A DNA stretch of 64,000 nt from Octopus sinensis (taxonomy: Eukaryota). The stretch is taken from positions 70,432,001 to 70,496,000 of the forward strand of contig NC_043000.1 in the NCBI RefSeq assembly GCF_006345805.1, given 5' to 3'. Shown here in pieces: positions 25,481-39,595 of this stretch. The first letter of the stretch is position 1, and the number at the start of each line of letters is the position of its first letter. The position numbers and the translations under genes are program-made. Below the pieces are notes generated by a model. It was given only the letters and a program-made list of their open reading frames with translations. It had not been told where the DNA came from and ran no database searches.

Positions 25481-28243
25481 AGCTTTACTCACCTTACTTT
25501 CACAGTTTATTACTTACTCGGATACAGTCCAATTCTTTGTTAGTAAAACTTTGGCTCCATAGGATGTCCTTGTTTTCGATGTTTGTGGATAGATTTCGGA
25601 GCTCTGAATTTTCCTTCTTACATCTTAAACGTAAACGTGTTCACTCTATTATTACAGTCTCGAACCGTAGTTATCAGCCGGTCTACATGTGCTAGGTCAA
25701 GCGCAAAGTTAACATTAATAGAGTAGTATTTAGTATCTTGGTTGTTAATTTGATTCACAATTTTATCTTGTACGTTTTCTTATGATTTCTAATCAAGTTT
25801 TCATCCATGTTTTAGCCATATAAGTAACATTTACTTTTTACATTTTTACATTTCTCAAGATATTCATGTAAAAACAGTCGAAGTATGAATTAAATTCAAC
25901 AGTCTCTGTTGAATTAAACGAAAATCTTAGTGGTTGTTTTCTAAGCTTTACTCAACTTACTTTCACAGTTTATGAGTTTAGCTCAAACATAAGTGCCGTA
26001 TGAGTTGCTTTGTATAATGGTCACTCACATCACTCAATGTTTTTTCTCTAAGAGGTGCTGAAGTATGCATACGAGGCTATGCTGGCCATGAGCATGTCTC
26101 ATTCTACAGTCCCGGTAATTTCAGGCACTGTAATTTTTTTAATTTGTAGAAAAATAAAATCTTTGAAGAAATTTTCCGGGATCTCGTAATCTGATAACTA
26201 GGAGGTGTCCAATAAAAATTTCGTCGGATGCCTTCTTATATATTCTGTCCAATTTAGAGCTAGTTGAGTCAGAATTATCACATTCTTCAATATCCTCAAA
26301 GACACTGAAGTTCGCGCAATCTATTGCGTACAAAGTACGGTATTGTGACTTCGTTGTCTTTAATGCAATTCAGAAAAAAAAAATGTTCGCTAATATCGAT
26401 GATTCTTGGGGATAGTCAGCTAGCTAGAGTCGATCTCTAAGCATTTAGCTATCCAGCTGACAAAAATGAGCAGTACCTGTATTTCAAAGGATCAATCTTG
26501 TTACATTCTGTGTCATGCTGAATCTCTCCGAGAAGTACTTTAAGAGTGCGCGTGTAAGTAGAGTGTTCAGCCACTTGCTCGTTAATTTCATGAGCAGGCT
26601 GTTCTGCTGATCGGATCAACTGGAGCCCTCGTCGTTGTTACCGATAGAGTACCAGTTTCTTTTTAAATTCTTGACAAAAGTTGAATAAGTTGTAATGAGA
26701 ACAAAAAAACTAGGTGGCTGTTTTCCATTCTTTATTCAACTAAATGATGCAGTTACAGTTTTGTTTCACATAATTTATTAATGGAATATGTACAGAAGAT
26801 ATGATATCGTGTAAGTTTCTTTATATTACGGCCGCTAGACTACTTCCGCTTGTAAGTATGGAAACTCATATGCACGTACACTAATTAGCAGTAACAGTGC
26901 AGTCTTCGTGAAATTGTCATTATTCAGCAAACTCCATTTCTCCTTATGATCTCTAAATGCAAAACCTAGTTTTATCAAAAAAAAAAAGAAAAAACAAAAC
27001 AAAAATACCTTATAACAGCTACATCTCTTTTAAATACTTCAAAATAGTACTGAATGCTTTTTCTTATCCACAGTGCTTTTATTTGTCTTTATTTAATATA
27101 ACATCGCCTTCCTACATTCTAAGCTGTCTATGATTTTATACAGTTCTGAGATTCAGTCAGAAAATCATTCGATTATAAGTGACGTGTGGTTTTTAAAAAA
27201 CAGTTTGCAAACAAAACAGCCATTTCTACATTAAGTTAGCCAACGAAAATCTCATCACATTTTGATGAGTTTTTTTTCAATCTTTTTCACCGTATATACT
27301 TAAGAAACATCCGCTTTGCTACTTGGAAACCCTACTAGATTAGTTAAAAACATAAGCTGTTCCTTTTTATTTTAAAATATAACCGATATCTCGCATTAAA
27401 TAATTTTGTATAAAATCTTTATCAACAGTTATGCGCCACTTTGTGACGTTAACGCATTCTTTGAAATCACTAAGCTGGTTCACGTTTCTACTCTGACTTT
27501 TCATGCTCTGCAGTCAACCCCCTGCGTTCACCAATTGTGTCAAAAGTGTCAACCGTGGATTAAAAATTGCTTGAAAGAACTTGCATCATCTGTGTACTAT
27601 GATTTGTTTCTTTCAGCTGTTGGTGTTGATAAACCTAGAATTGCAAAATAGTTTAATAGCTTTTTCGCATTTAGAAACGATATCAGATCGCTTTTTCTCG
27701 AGTTTGCAGTCTTGCTATCCACTTAAGTACTTTCGGGAATCTCATTGTTATTCCTCTTGGGAATAACAAAGAGTTAAAAATAGGAAAAATTCATTATTCA
27801 CAGCAAAACAAAGCTAGATTATGGTAGGTGAATAAGAATGAAAGAAGTGCAGAATAGTTTTATTCAAGTCTCCAATTCAAGGATCAGATTAAAACTGAAA
27901 CGAAGTCGCTATTAGAAGAAAAGCTTTTATCACAAAAGTTACGGTTATCGGTTTGTAGAAATTGTTCTGTGCAAGCTGTTTAAATATAAAAAAGTGCATA
28001 AAATGTTTTAGTGTTTTTTTAATTTCTTACATAACCTTTTAATTTATAAATACACCACAAAAATCCATGTACACAGTTTAGCTGAAGACAGTATTCACTT
28101 ATAGCTATGCTAGATTGTATACTCAGCACAGCGGTTTATTGTTATAAAAAGTATACTGCCCACTATACTACCAATATTCTAAGTTATTATCTAGGATAAA
28201 TTCTAATTCCATGGATTGGAGTCACTTTGAACTTATTCTAAAT

Positions 28244-28373
28244 CAGTGGTTCTCAACCAGGGTCCATATAGCCCTTGAGGGTACATGTAAGATTTTTTGG
28301 GTTATGGGGGTCAACCAGAAGAAAATAGTAACCAAAGGGATCCATAGGTAAAAAAAATGGTTGAGAACACCTG
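28244..28373. mobile_element. hAT-type MITE (130 bp)
   Basis: TIRs cagtggttctcaacc / ggttgagaacacctg; 8-bp TSD ttctaaat / ttctaaac (7 of 8 match). Confidence 0.8.
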
Positions 28374-28799
28374 TTCTAAACGATAACTGCTAAATGTAAA
28401 AAGTTGTACTATTTGAACTACTATGGACATTAAAAAAAAATTTATATAATAGTTAATGACACTTATTGAGCAAGAACACCGCAAGGTGTTCCTGCTTAAT
28501 AAATGGGCTTCAAAACTTTTTGAGTTGGCACTCTAATTCACAATAATTCTAAGGCGGAGTTTCGGAATATGCACGTTACCCTAATTTTTTCAAACATTTC
28601 CTCTGTTTGAAAATAATTTATAATAATAATTTTGACTTATTAAAAATCGACAAATATTATAAAGAGGAAAAAGTTAAAAGTGAAAGAAACATTTTAAGAT
28701 AGTTGAAAATTCAAAATAACACCAAAATATTTTAGAAATACAATAAGATTTCGACTCAAAATATAAAATACTTTAGAAATTATTATTGTTAATAATAGT

Positions 28800-29000
28800 T
28801 TCAAATTTTGGCACAAGGTCAGTAATTCCAGGAAGTGGATAAATCATTTACATCGACCTCAGTGCTCAAGTGGTACTTAATTTATCAATCCCGAAAGAAT
28901 GAAATGCAAAATCTACCTCGGCGGAATTTGAACTCAGAACTTAGAGAGGGGCGAAATGTCGCTAAGCATTTTGCCCAGCGTGCTAGCGATTCTGCGAACA
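28800..29000 (-). mobile_element. SINE family 2
   Basis: cctcggcggaatttgaactcagaac B box and gctaagcattttgcccagcgtgctagcgattctgc head. Confidence 0.8.
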
Positions 29001-29249
29001 AGAGCAATGCCAGAAGCAACAATAGTAACTACAAGTACTTATTATAGGGGCATTTATGAAGAGATGAAATTTTACTTCTTTTCATATGCATACAGTTCTT
29101 TTGATGTTTTTGTTTTGGTTATTGTTCTTTTTTCTTGTTTCGAGAAGAAAAGTAAATAAATCGAAAATTTCTTTGCGACAAATATACGACAAAATTGTTT
29201 TATGCACATCATTTACTAGATCTGAAAAAATAATTCACTCATTAAAAAG

Positions 29250-31300
29250 TTACTTCTGATGCCCCTAGATGACCCGATGCAGTTTGTCCACGACCACACT
29301 GGCACATTCAGCAAATTCAGTCGGTACTTGTCAGACGGTTGAAAACGTCTGAGCAAGTTTGTGAGACTTTTGCACCCACTTCTTCAAACAGCTAGACCCA
29401 CACGAACACACGATCTAAGGCACGCGTCGAAGATGCCCTCCCAGAGTCACTCATTAGCACTAAAGGTGGAGACATTGGTCGGAAAACTTCCAGATATCTG
29501 GAGAAAGCTGGATCTTCTGCCCCTGTTGAAGTATAAATAGCCACCAATCTGAAAGTGGTTACTACTGTTCATATTCAGGGCCACCAACTTACATTCTGGG
29601 CCCAGGGAAACGACCATTATCTTCAGATCCAGTCCTCTCTTGAACAAAACTGCAGTTTCACCCCACTCATTACCGGTTGACATGGAGATAAGTAAATCTC
29701 GTATTCACCGAAAACGGGCATGGCAGTTCACTGACAACCACGACATCTAAACTTAGTGATCTGAGGTTAATGAGTAGGTGGCTTTGATTCCAAGGCGACC
29801 CCAGGCCACGTACATTTACACTGCCTATTCTGAGCAAGGTCATGTTGGACAATAAAATAAACGAAGAAAAGGAAAGAGCTATTTACCGTAGTTTTGTGAG
29901 AAACGAGGGATAGGTGTTCCATCCCTCTGGTTTGATGTGGGCGTTTCCACAAGGCGTTCTTTGTAAAGTCCTTTGTTAACGTTTTTTGTAAAATTTCCTA
30001 CCTCATCGATGTATTTGTTTTTTTTTTGTTATACATGTGTTTTGTGTTATTTGTATGATTTGTATGAGTAGGTTTGGTATGTTGGTTGTCGATGTAATGA
30101 AATTTTTCTGAGTGACGTTTGTATGGTAGTGTATGTATTGCATTAGTGATTTGTTGGTCGTGTTATGGCAGTGTAGTTAATGATGTTTAAATTTTGTTAT
30201 CAAAAATTTATCAAAATGTTGCGCGCGTGAGTAACTTTGTGCTTGTAGTGTGGTGTCTGTAATAGTGATGGCAGTTGTGGTAGTGACAAGGATGATGTTG
30301 ACAATGTGAGTATAGCTGTGGTTGGAAGTGGTGTTTGAGCATTGCTGCTCAAAGGCATCTCCCTCATTTGTTCGTATCTGCGACCTTTTTCTGCTGGTGT
30401 GTGTTTCGTTCCTCTTTCTTTTCTTGGACTTCATTACAAGACGTGTCTGAATGGCTCGAAAAGGGGAGGGGTATGTCTAGGGGAGGTTTTCGGTGTTTTG
30501 TTGATGTAGCTGTTGTTGTTGGATACTGTGGATGCTGCAGTAATTGTTGTTGCTGCTATTTTTGAAGTTGTTAGTTTCGGTCCTGTTGTTGGTGATGTTA
30601 TGGCTACCTTCCTCCGTTGATGCTGTTGCTGTTGTTCCTACTGCTGCTGCTGCTGCTGGTGATGGTGTCGGCAGCAGTGTTGGCTTCCTTTGCTGTGGAC
30701 AAAAGGTCTTGAGATTTCATCCAGCAGAGGTGACATCTCAGCCGTCGGTCCTCAACAGACATATATGTTAAGCTTTGTGACATCTGGTCCGGGATGACCT
30801 CGATGCTATGTTGATCTGCCTGTATTAACAACTGTATACTCTGTCCTAACCAGTTCTGCTTCTGTATTCTCTGCATCTGCAGAATACTGGTTTTTGTCTC
30901 CCATGTCAAAGGAAACCGCTGTCACCAACCAGCAGATGTTGATTTCTGGTAGTATAATTAATATTTATATTTTGAACACTCTTCAGCCAAGATAACTGGG
31001 GATGAAGATGAATTTGTCGCTCGTTAGGGTGGCTATTGCCTCCTCTTCTGAGGTGAGTCTCTTCTCGAGAGTTTCATATTTTTCTCCTCCTGGCTATTTA
31101 AGTTTTGATCTTTCAAATTGTCGCAGACATATTTTTACCTGTTGTTATGCTGTCCGCTCTACTCTTCTACTATTTGTTCCTAGTCTGCTAATTAGTTTCT
31201 TGCTGGACAGATCACGAGATATTCAGTGTCACATTTCTCCCATATTTATCCAACATACATTTTATACTTTTAAATTTATTTTCATTTATAAAAATTTCTT
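29250..31300 (-). pseudogene. 5' part of a Tx1-like LINE (ORF1 remnant + endonuclease start)
   Basis: ORF1 knuckle remnant VEDRRLRCHLC (~30720-30760); ORF2 start LRIGSVNVRGLG...LDVVVVSE (29852-29720). Boundaries approximate. Confidence 0.7.
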
Positions 31301-31349
31301 TGCTTATTTACCGCGTCTCGTCGGCAAAACCTCTAACAGGTTTTAAATT

Positions 31350-31545
31350 TTGACAGAAGGCCAGCAATTTTGGGAGAGGGGTTTAGTCAATTACATAGAT
31401 CCCAGTGCTCAACAGGTACTTATTCTTTCGAATTCGAAAGGATGAAAGGCAAAGTCAGCCTCGGCGGAATTTGAACTCAGAAACGTAAAGACGGACGAAA
31501 TACGGCTAAGCATTTTGCCCGGCGTGCCAGTTCGCCACCTTAACA
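31350..31545 (-). mobile_element. SINE family 2
   Basis: Same head and body as the 28800 and 58263 copies. Confidence 0.8.
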
Positions 31546-31635
31546 ACAACAGTAATGATGATGATGATGATGATGATGATGGTGATAATAATAAAAATAA
31601 TGATGATGATGATAATAATAATAATAATGATGATG

Positions 31636-31684
<49 letters not shown>

Positions 31685-31686
31685 TG

Positions 31687-31753
<67 letters not shown>

Positions 31754-31761
31754 TGATGATG

Positions 31762-31795
<34 letters not shown>

Positions 31796-31800
31796 TGATG

Positions 31801-31852
<52 letters not shown>
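31546..31852. repeat. Long (AAT)n/(GAT)n microsatellite (~300 bp)
   Basis: Directly visible. Confidence 0.95.
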
Positions 31853-31853
<1 letters not shown>

Positions 31854-32045
31854 CGGCCTCAAACTTGGGGAAGGATTAAGTCGATTACATCGACCTAGTG
31901 CGTAACTAGTACTTATTTAATCGACACCGAAAGGATGAAAGACAAAGTCGACCTCGGCGGAATTTGAACTCAGGACGTAAAAACGGACGAAATACCGCTA
32001 AGCATTTCACCCGGTGTGCTAACGATTCTGCTAGTTCGCCACACT
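31853..32045 (-). mobile_element. SINE family 2 flanked on both sides by (AAT)n
   Basis: gtcgacctcggcggaatttgaactcagg body; microsatellite on both flanks. Confidence 0.85.
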
Positions 32046-32430
<385 letters not shown>

Positions 32431-32689
32431 GTAGCTGGCTGTGATCTTATCACAGCCAGCTACATGTTTAGATTGACCGAAATGCACCTGGCGTTCTCGC
32501 TAGCCGTTACTGGGACGATTTTCGCCTCTCGTCGATATATATTGTATTCTTAAACGTGGCACATCCACAAGAGATGTTATCTCTGGACAAATACCGCAGT
32601 AACTTGACTTTCAATGATGTATTTACATTAAGTATGATATATATCAATAAATTAACATTGATATTTTTTTCACTATTGTTACAATCACC

Positions 32690-35085
32690 TGTTGTTCTAG
32701 TTATCGGAGCTACGTTGGAGAATTGTGGGTCGATTTGGTTAATTGTCGCCTGTTGCAGGATTGATATTGTTATTGCCTTGCTGTTTGTATCGTTGCTGTT
32801 TTATGGATGTTGCTGTAGTTGTTGTTGCTGCCCTCCCCCTCGAGGGAGGGATTTGCTTGAACTTTGCATCTCGTTGTAGAGGAATGTTTCCTTTGGGGAA
32901 GTGCCTTTTGTGTTGTGGCGTCAACTGTGGAACCAGTTGCAATGAACTGTGCCGCTGCTTTGGGTCAGCAGCACGAGGTTATTATAGTTGGAAGGGCAGA
33001 AGTGCAAGGGCTATTTGCAGGAGTCGCGGAAGAGGGAGGAGGGAGTGGGTTTTCTCCCCCGCTAGATATTGCGAACGGTGGAAAGGCAGAAACGATTATT
33101 TGTGAAACATTTTGTTTGAGGGACAGAAAAGTGGAAAGATTTGGGGAGGGAGACGTTGAACGGTGCCTCGGGTCAGTGATGAGGGATGTTGCCTTCCTGA
33201 CCCGCGGAAATAAATATGCAACGGTGGAAGCAAGCTTTGAGTCGGCTGAAAAGGCAAAAGAATATTCGGCTCAAACCTTGCAGAATGAGAAAATGGCATT
33301 GTTGCCATTATATTTGGGACGTAGAACGTCCCGAATAAAAATTGCAAACGTTCCTCCTGATGTTGATGTAGCATGGGTCATTGCCATGCTCCTCTTCAAT
33401 AGGGAGGACAAGCTGGAAGTGATACAAGTAAAAAGACATCCTTCTCAGAATTGGAAGGGACAATCGCTGGAGGTCCTAGCTCAAGGTTCCCCTACAGATT
33501 TAGAGGAACTGCCCGATAGGCTGCAGATAGCAGAGGACGCAGCCTTAATCATCCAGGTTGAAGGAAGGTGACCTCGGTGCTTCCGGTGCGGAAGGAAGGG
33601 GCACCAAAGGTCAGTATGCGGAAATAAGAATAAAACCAATGAGGAACTGGTAGCCTCGGCCGAGGAGGCCAGTACCCAGGGGGATACCACCAACACTGAA
33701 AACGGAAAAGAGAAGGCGGTAGCCTCGGCCAAGGAGGCCAGTACCCACAAGGCTACCACCGATAAAAAATAACAAGAACAAGAAGGTGGTAGCATTATGG
33801 AGAGCCACGCGAAAGCTGCTACGGCAAAGGCAGCATTACAGTTGAAAGCCAGGAGGGTACACTTGGATGGAGGAATTAACGAAAAGTTTGTGTGTGATGA
33901 AGAAGGGGGAAGGAGCAATCAAGCTGGTTCCCCCACAAGAGTCAATGAAAGAAAAGAGGAGGAAAACAGTGGTGTATCGCACGCAAGCGGTCGCCACAAA
34001 TAAAATTGAGAAGATATCGGAAGAAGACGTGGAGGAGTGCCCAGGGAATATCATGCAAGAAGCGACATTTGTAAGCAGAGGAAGGAGGTATGGAACAGTG
34101 GAGGTGAGGTTTGCAACTGAAGAAGAGGAGGCCTCACACTCCATAGGTATCCTGAGGACAGACAAGGTGGCGCTGTTGCCCACATATAAGGGAAGGCGTA
34201 TCGTCTGGGTCAGAGATTAAGACAGAGTGGTTGGTAGCAACCATTACAGCAGCCACCGAGGATAAGCCGGAGTTTAGAGATGATGGAAGAACGGAGATGT
34301 TAAATTAGTGGGGAGGTGGAGTGGAGATGTGGCTATTCGCCACATTTGAAGATATAGAAAGGCTTCCCTACCAAGTAGAGATTGAAGGGAAAAATTCCCT
34401 GAATGTAATAGTAGAGGGTCGCAGACCCAATTGCTACATCTGCGGTGAAAGGGGACACATGACATTGAAGTACCCCTTATAGAAAAATAAACTGACTGAT
34501 TCGGTGATGAGTGAGAAAGAAGAGAAAGAAGAAATAGAGACAGAAACGGAAAAGAGGGAAAATAAAAACCATGAGTAAGAGAAAGAAGAGATAGAGGAAA
34601 GAATGAAAGCGACAAAATAAGGGTGTGACGGGTCGGTCAGCCCCCAAGAGAAGAAAAAAGGCAAGCAAGGGAAGAGTTTACAGACAAAGACAGCAGAAGC
34701 AGGGTAGGCGGAAAAAAAAGATAAAGAACCGCTTCCAGAGAGGAGACCAGAAGATATGAAGTCTGGCGAGAATAAGGGATAAAGAAAAAAAAGATAAAGA
34801 ACCGCTTCCAGAGAGGAGACCAGAAGATATGAAGTCTGGCGAGAATAAGGGATATATTATCTTTTACAAGAAAAGCTTAGAGGTAGAGAAGAAAATTTCA
34901 AAGTGGAAGAGTCTGATAAGAGTGAAGTTACCAAAGGAGAGATTCAGAGAAGACGAGAGTTGTATATTGGTGAATAATGAAAGGAGAGACAATCTGAGAA
35001 AAATGTACCGTAAATTTGTGATAAAGACAGACGGACCGGTATACTTTAAAGGAATGCCCCCGGTGGTGGATTTTTCAAGAGTTGA
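32690..35085 (+). pseudogene. Two successive Tx1-like ORF1 (gag-like) remnants without ORF2
   Basis: Unit 1: TVEASF, LLPLYLGRR, VEGR*PRCFRCGRKGH. Unit 2: TVEVRF, LLPTYKGRR, VEGRRPNCYICG..GH. 69-bp (33650-33785) and ~73-bp (34712-34853) tandem duplications. Confidence 0.7.
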
Positions 35086-37520
35086 TTTCTTTATTGCCCA
35101 CTAGGGGCTAACATAGATGGGGATGGTACAATCTGAGGTCAGATAAACGAATGATTTTACAATAAAATGCGATTAAAATTGACATAAAAATATTACACGA
35201 ATGAATGAATGCAACATAAAAGACACAACAAATGGAGTGGTGCTTGGGTTTAGCTCCTACCCACGAGCCCCAACCACCGCTGATACCTTTTGAGACACAT
35301 TATCGCCTATTCATTCGGCTACAATCACTCGCAACACTCGTGCTACATATTTCCATCTTTCATTAAACATTTTCTCTGACAGACACCTCCGCTTTGGCCA
35401 TATTTTGCTTTTCAAATGAAAGGCAAAATACATCTGTAAGGCAAGGCCAGAGACGAAGCTACATTTCATTATTCCTTTCATCCTTGTCTTCCATGCCACC
35501 TCTTTCGCTATTACCACTACGATGGGAAAACAATTCTTACCTTCATTTGATAAAAATTCCGGCGAGTCAATTTTTATAATTGACTCAATCGACAGCTGTA
35601 TTCTCTTTGTACTAGACAACAGGTGTTCTGCATAAGCCCACATCTCCGACACCTCCGGACACTGCACAATAGCGTGCGGGACGGTTTCCCTATCCTGTTC
35701 GCATCTTGGACAGGTCGGAGAGTCGCATTGACCATGTCTTGCAAGTTTATCCCGAACGGGCAAGGCATTTCTGTAACATTGCCAGGTTAAGGACTTTTGA
35801 AAGTTAACCAGCGTCCTCAACCCGAACGTACGAAAAAGCAGGCTGTCAAGTTAAATAAATCCGAGACCCAGAATCTCCCCCAGGTCATCGTCGCACTCAG
35901 CCTCACCCAAACCTCAATAGAAAAATGCTGTAGAACCCCCACCGCTGGCATTATCCGAGCAACGGAATAACAGGAGTGCCTTGCGACACTCCGTATGCCA
36001 CTCCCTCAACTTTGATCTACGAGAGCACCTGGCTTCCTGTCCACCGAAACTAGTGAACGAGAGAAACATCTGTTTCGCCAGCGAAAACCACACCCATTCA
36101 CCATCCAGAAGAATCCAGAGATGCCTTAAACTTAGCGCGTGCTTGTGCATCATTAGCCAAGGCATATCTAGTCCGCCTTTTAACGGTCTTTGACAGCAAA
36201 TAGAGCGTCTTACAAGTGGCCTCGAGCCCTTCCACAAAAAGTGAAAGAGCTGTCTCTCCAACTTGATCAACCACGAACCCGGGCAAGGAACGAATGTCAG
36301 GCGGTAGGTAATAACCGATGCGATGAACACATTGGCCACCTCCAAGACCAGGTCTTGACTATGTGTGTCACCCTGCTCGACACCTCAGCCCAGTTCTTCT
36401 CTACCTGGACCAAACCAGACCCCTAGCAACTTAACCGGTCCCTCCGTCCAACGTCCAACGACGCTGTCTGAAGGCATCGACTTGATCCCCCGCCAGGGCC
36501 GAGTTGCAACCCGACCGATTTTTCCCGGTTAATTTTTGCTCCTGCCACCGTCTCGTAAACCTCACTGGCCTTTTGGTCACGCAGATGGTGATGTCATCCG
36601 CATAAGCTGAAACCGACTCTCCACATCCTGGTTATCTCAGGATGCCACTCAACTTTCGCAGTAAATGCTCAAGAGCCATCACATACAAAAGCGGTGAGAG
36701 CGGATACTCTTGGCGAACCAAACGTTTGATATAGAACGGTCTTGATAAAAAAAACAGTTCACCCGAAGGATCGAGTCAATGTTATCATACAACTGTATCA
36801 TCCACCTAAGGAAGCGAAGACCCAAGCCGAACTGTGCAAGAACAGTCACCAGGTACTGATGGTCAACCCTATCGAAAGCCTTAGGTTGGTCTAAATGTAC
36901 CAATACCCCACCTTTACCAGTTTTACTCCCAAACCTCTCTACACTGAAGTGTAGAGAGGTTTGGGAGTTATTCAGTGGTATCAGGTGGAGAAGAAGTCTC
37001 CACCTCTCTTTCTTTGTCGCTCGCAGAATCAGAGCCAGTAAATCATTAAACAGGGAAGGATGAAAGTCTTTCCTCATTGCTCCAACTGTTTTCCTGAATT
37101 TATTTTTCAGGATTTTATGATTTTTTTAAATCAATGTCATATATGTCATAATTTTCATATTTGTCAGACTGTTCATCCATCCTTTTTATTGTCTTCTTCA
37201 AATTTACTTCTCACATTAACTCTTTGTCCTCTGTATTAATTGCCACTAGTCCTCTCTCTTCGTTCTCTCTCTTAGCCGCCTTCTTCGGTCTCTTGTCTGC
37301 AGGCACCGTTTTAACTTGTACTGTTTGTTATATTTTTCTTTTGTTCCCTATCTGGTTTTCTTTCTGGTTTTCTCTCTGGTTATCTTTCTTCTCTTCTCCT
37401 TCTGCCTCCTCCTCCTCTCCCTTTTTGCATTCCATGCGGATATATCCTAGTTGGCCGCACTGGAAGCACTTTGGTGCTTTCTCTTCTCGTAAGACGAGGG
37501 ATAGCTCGGTAAAGGATGTC
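35086..37520 (-). pseudogene. Degraded Tx1-like LINE (3' UTR, RT/C-terminus, ORF1 knuckle remnant)
   Basis: 3' end ttctttattgcccactaggggct; WQCYRNALPVRDKL, CPRC...HAIVQC and VHLDQPKAFDRVDH; KCFQCGQLGYIRMEC near 37430-37480 may belong to a separate element. Confidence 0.75.
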
Positions 37521-38885
37521 TAAAGAAAATTATAGTTTCTCGGACATATCATCGCCCGAGGAGGAATTGCTGGAGGCGGTCCAGAAAATGGACCAGAAAC
37601 TGAGAACAGAGAAAAAAATTTTGCTGATGCAGCAAGGTGTAAGGAGACCGAACTAAATATTGAGAAGCTAGGAAAACACAGCAGTGAAATGAACCGAGAT
37701 GGGTTCGAAGTAAAGCTGTCGCCCCCGCAAGAAGTAAGAAACGGAATTAAGGTAAAAACAATAAACTATGGAACCTTTTCGATAAGTAAATGAAAGATTT
37801 TTGTCATCACGACGGAACAAGTAGAAAAGGCGCTAAGGCCGATTTGGGATGACATAGTGTACCTGGCGAGAGGTTCAACGTCTGGCACAGTGGAAGTAAG
37901 ATTTCGAAATGCAGCAGCAGCAGCAAGTAAACGGGCAGCGACTACAATACGGAGCGAAGAAGTGGTGCTTTGCTCAGTATAGAGCAATGAGACAACGAGA
38001 ATTACTGTCGAAGAAATCCCACAGGAAATCTATGTGGCCTGGGTGGCAGATGCTGTCCTGGCCACGAAAAGGGATTGCGTAAACTGGAGAGGACAATCAC
38101 TGAATATGAAGTACAGGGATCGAAAGAAGCGTTGGAAAGGATCACGATTCAATAACTATGGAAGAAACAGTAATGACAGTCAAGGTGGAAGGAAGAGTTC
38201 CACGCTGCTTTAAATGTGGCCCTTCAGGCCGCATTAGAGCACGGTAAGGTCAAGAAAACCAGAGGAAAAACAACCAGATAATATGGAGGAGGATAAAGAA
38301 GAGAGCCGCAGAAAGGAAGAAACCAAAAAAGAAGAGGAAGTAGCGGAAACTGATGAAATGAGAAAAAGCTTTAGGAAGAAAAAGGAAAAAGGCAAGTGAA
38401 CTAAAGTGTAAACCCCATTCCACACCCATCACACCCACACCCTCTCAGATCCACCCTTTTCCTGCAGACACCAAGCCTACCCATTCCCATCCAACACAAA
38501 AACAAAAGAATCTCAAAACCCCTCCCTCAAGGCAAAAAACTGCTGGGTTTGATAACATTGAGGAGTATCACAAGTGTGTGGATAAGAAGCAGGAGGAGAG
38601 AATACTTGCGTTTAAGGTCGGATATTGTTCTTGGGAGATGAACTGCAGCTGAAACTCACTTCCAGGTTCACAACTTATGATAAGTGGTTAGAGGAGACGG
38701 GAATTGATCTTTTAGAAGGATCGAGGCTACTCGTAAGTGGAGCGAGTGGTTCCATTTCCATTTTTTATAATCATGTTTTCATGCATTATATCATACATTT
38801 TTGCTTTATTTTATATGTTTTATGTCCCACATGTTTTACTGTATTGTCCCCTCTGTGTGTCTCGGCATGGGAAATAAAAAAAAGC
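37521..38885 (+). mobile_element. ORF1-only Tx1-like element with a Tx1-type 3' end
   Basis: TVEVRF and VKVEGRVPRCFKCG motifs. No EN/RT sequence before the terminus ttgtcccctctgtgtgtctcggcatgggaaataaaaaaa. The 5' boundary is approximate. Confidence 0.55.
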
Positions 38886-39200
38886 CAACGAAACGTTTGG
38901 TGAGGAAATAACCAGTGAGTGGTTAGCTTGAAAATGGTCTAAACGATTTTGCAGTGGATACCTGAGCCTTGAAGATCGTGAGCGTAGTGGACGCCCATCT
39001 ATCATCGATGACGGTCAATTAAAGACCGTCATTGAGAAAGATTCATGTAAAACCACTCGAGAACTTCAAGTTAGACAGAAAATTGAATGAAAATCAGAAA
39101 ATGCGCGGATATGGAATTTGCTCGTCGCTTCTCCTCCGTAACCAGACCGATCCATCGACCGTATTGCAACTTAGGATGTTGAAACTCCATCTGTATTATG
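38886..39200 (+). pseudogene. Mariner N-terminal fragment
   Basis: Reads FGEE...KW.KRF.SG..SLEDRERSGRPSIIDD...K.TTREL. Confidence 0.7.
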
Positions 39201-39214
39201 TACAAATTTCCCAA

Positions 39215-39313
39215 TCACAGTCCCACTGCGTGGTACCTTCGGCAAATGTCTTTGGCCGACCAAAGCCTTATGAGTGAATTTGGAAGATAGAAACTAAAAG
39301 AAGCCCGTCGTGT

Positions 39314-39372
<59 letters not shown>

Positions 39373-39595
39373 CTGTGTCTGTGTTTGTACCCCAGCAAAT
39401 GCTTGACAACTGAAGTTTGTGTGTTTACGTTCCGGTAACTTAGCGGTTCGGCAAAAACCGATTAAATAAGTACTGAGCTTAAAAATAATAGTAAGTCCTG
39501 GGGTCGAATTGTTCGGCTAAAATCCTTCAAAGTGATACCCCAGCATAGCCACAATCTAATGACTAAAACAAATAAAACGATAAAAGATTTGTTAT
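39215..39595 (+). mobile_element. SINE family 1 with internal (TG)n
   Basis: cagtcccactgcgtgg, ggccgaccaaagcc and taagtactgagc...ggggtcga; matches the other copies. Confidence 0.85.

Noticed and set aside
26139-26333. Possible host exon (64-aa minus-strand ORF)
   Set aside because: No recognisable domain, and no supportable splice partners.
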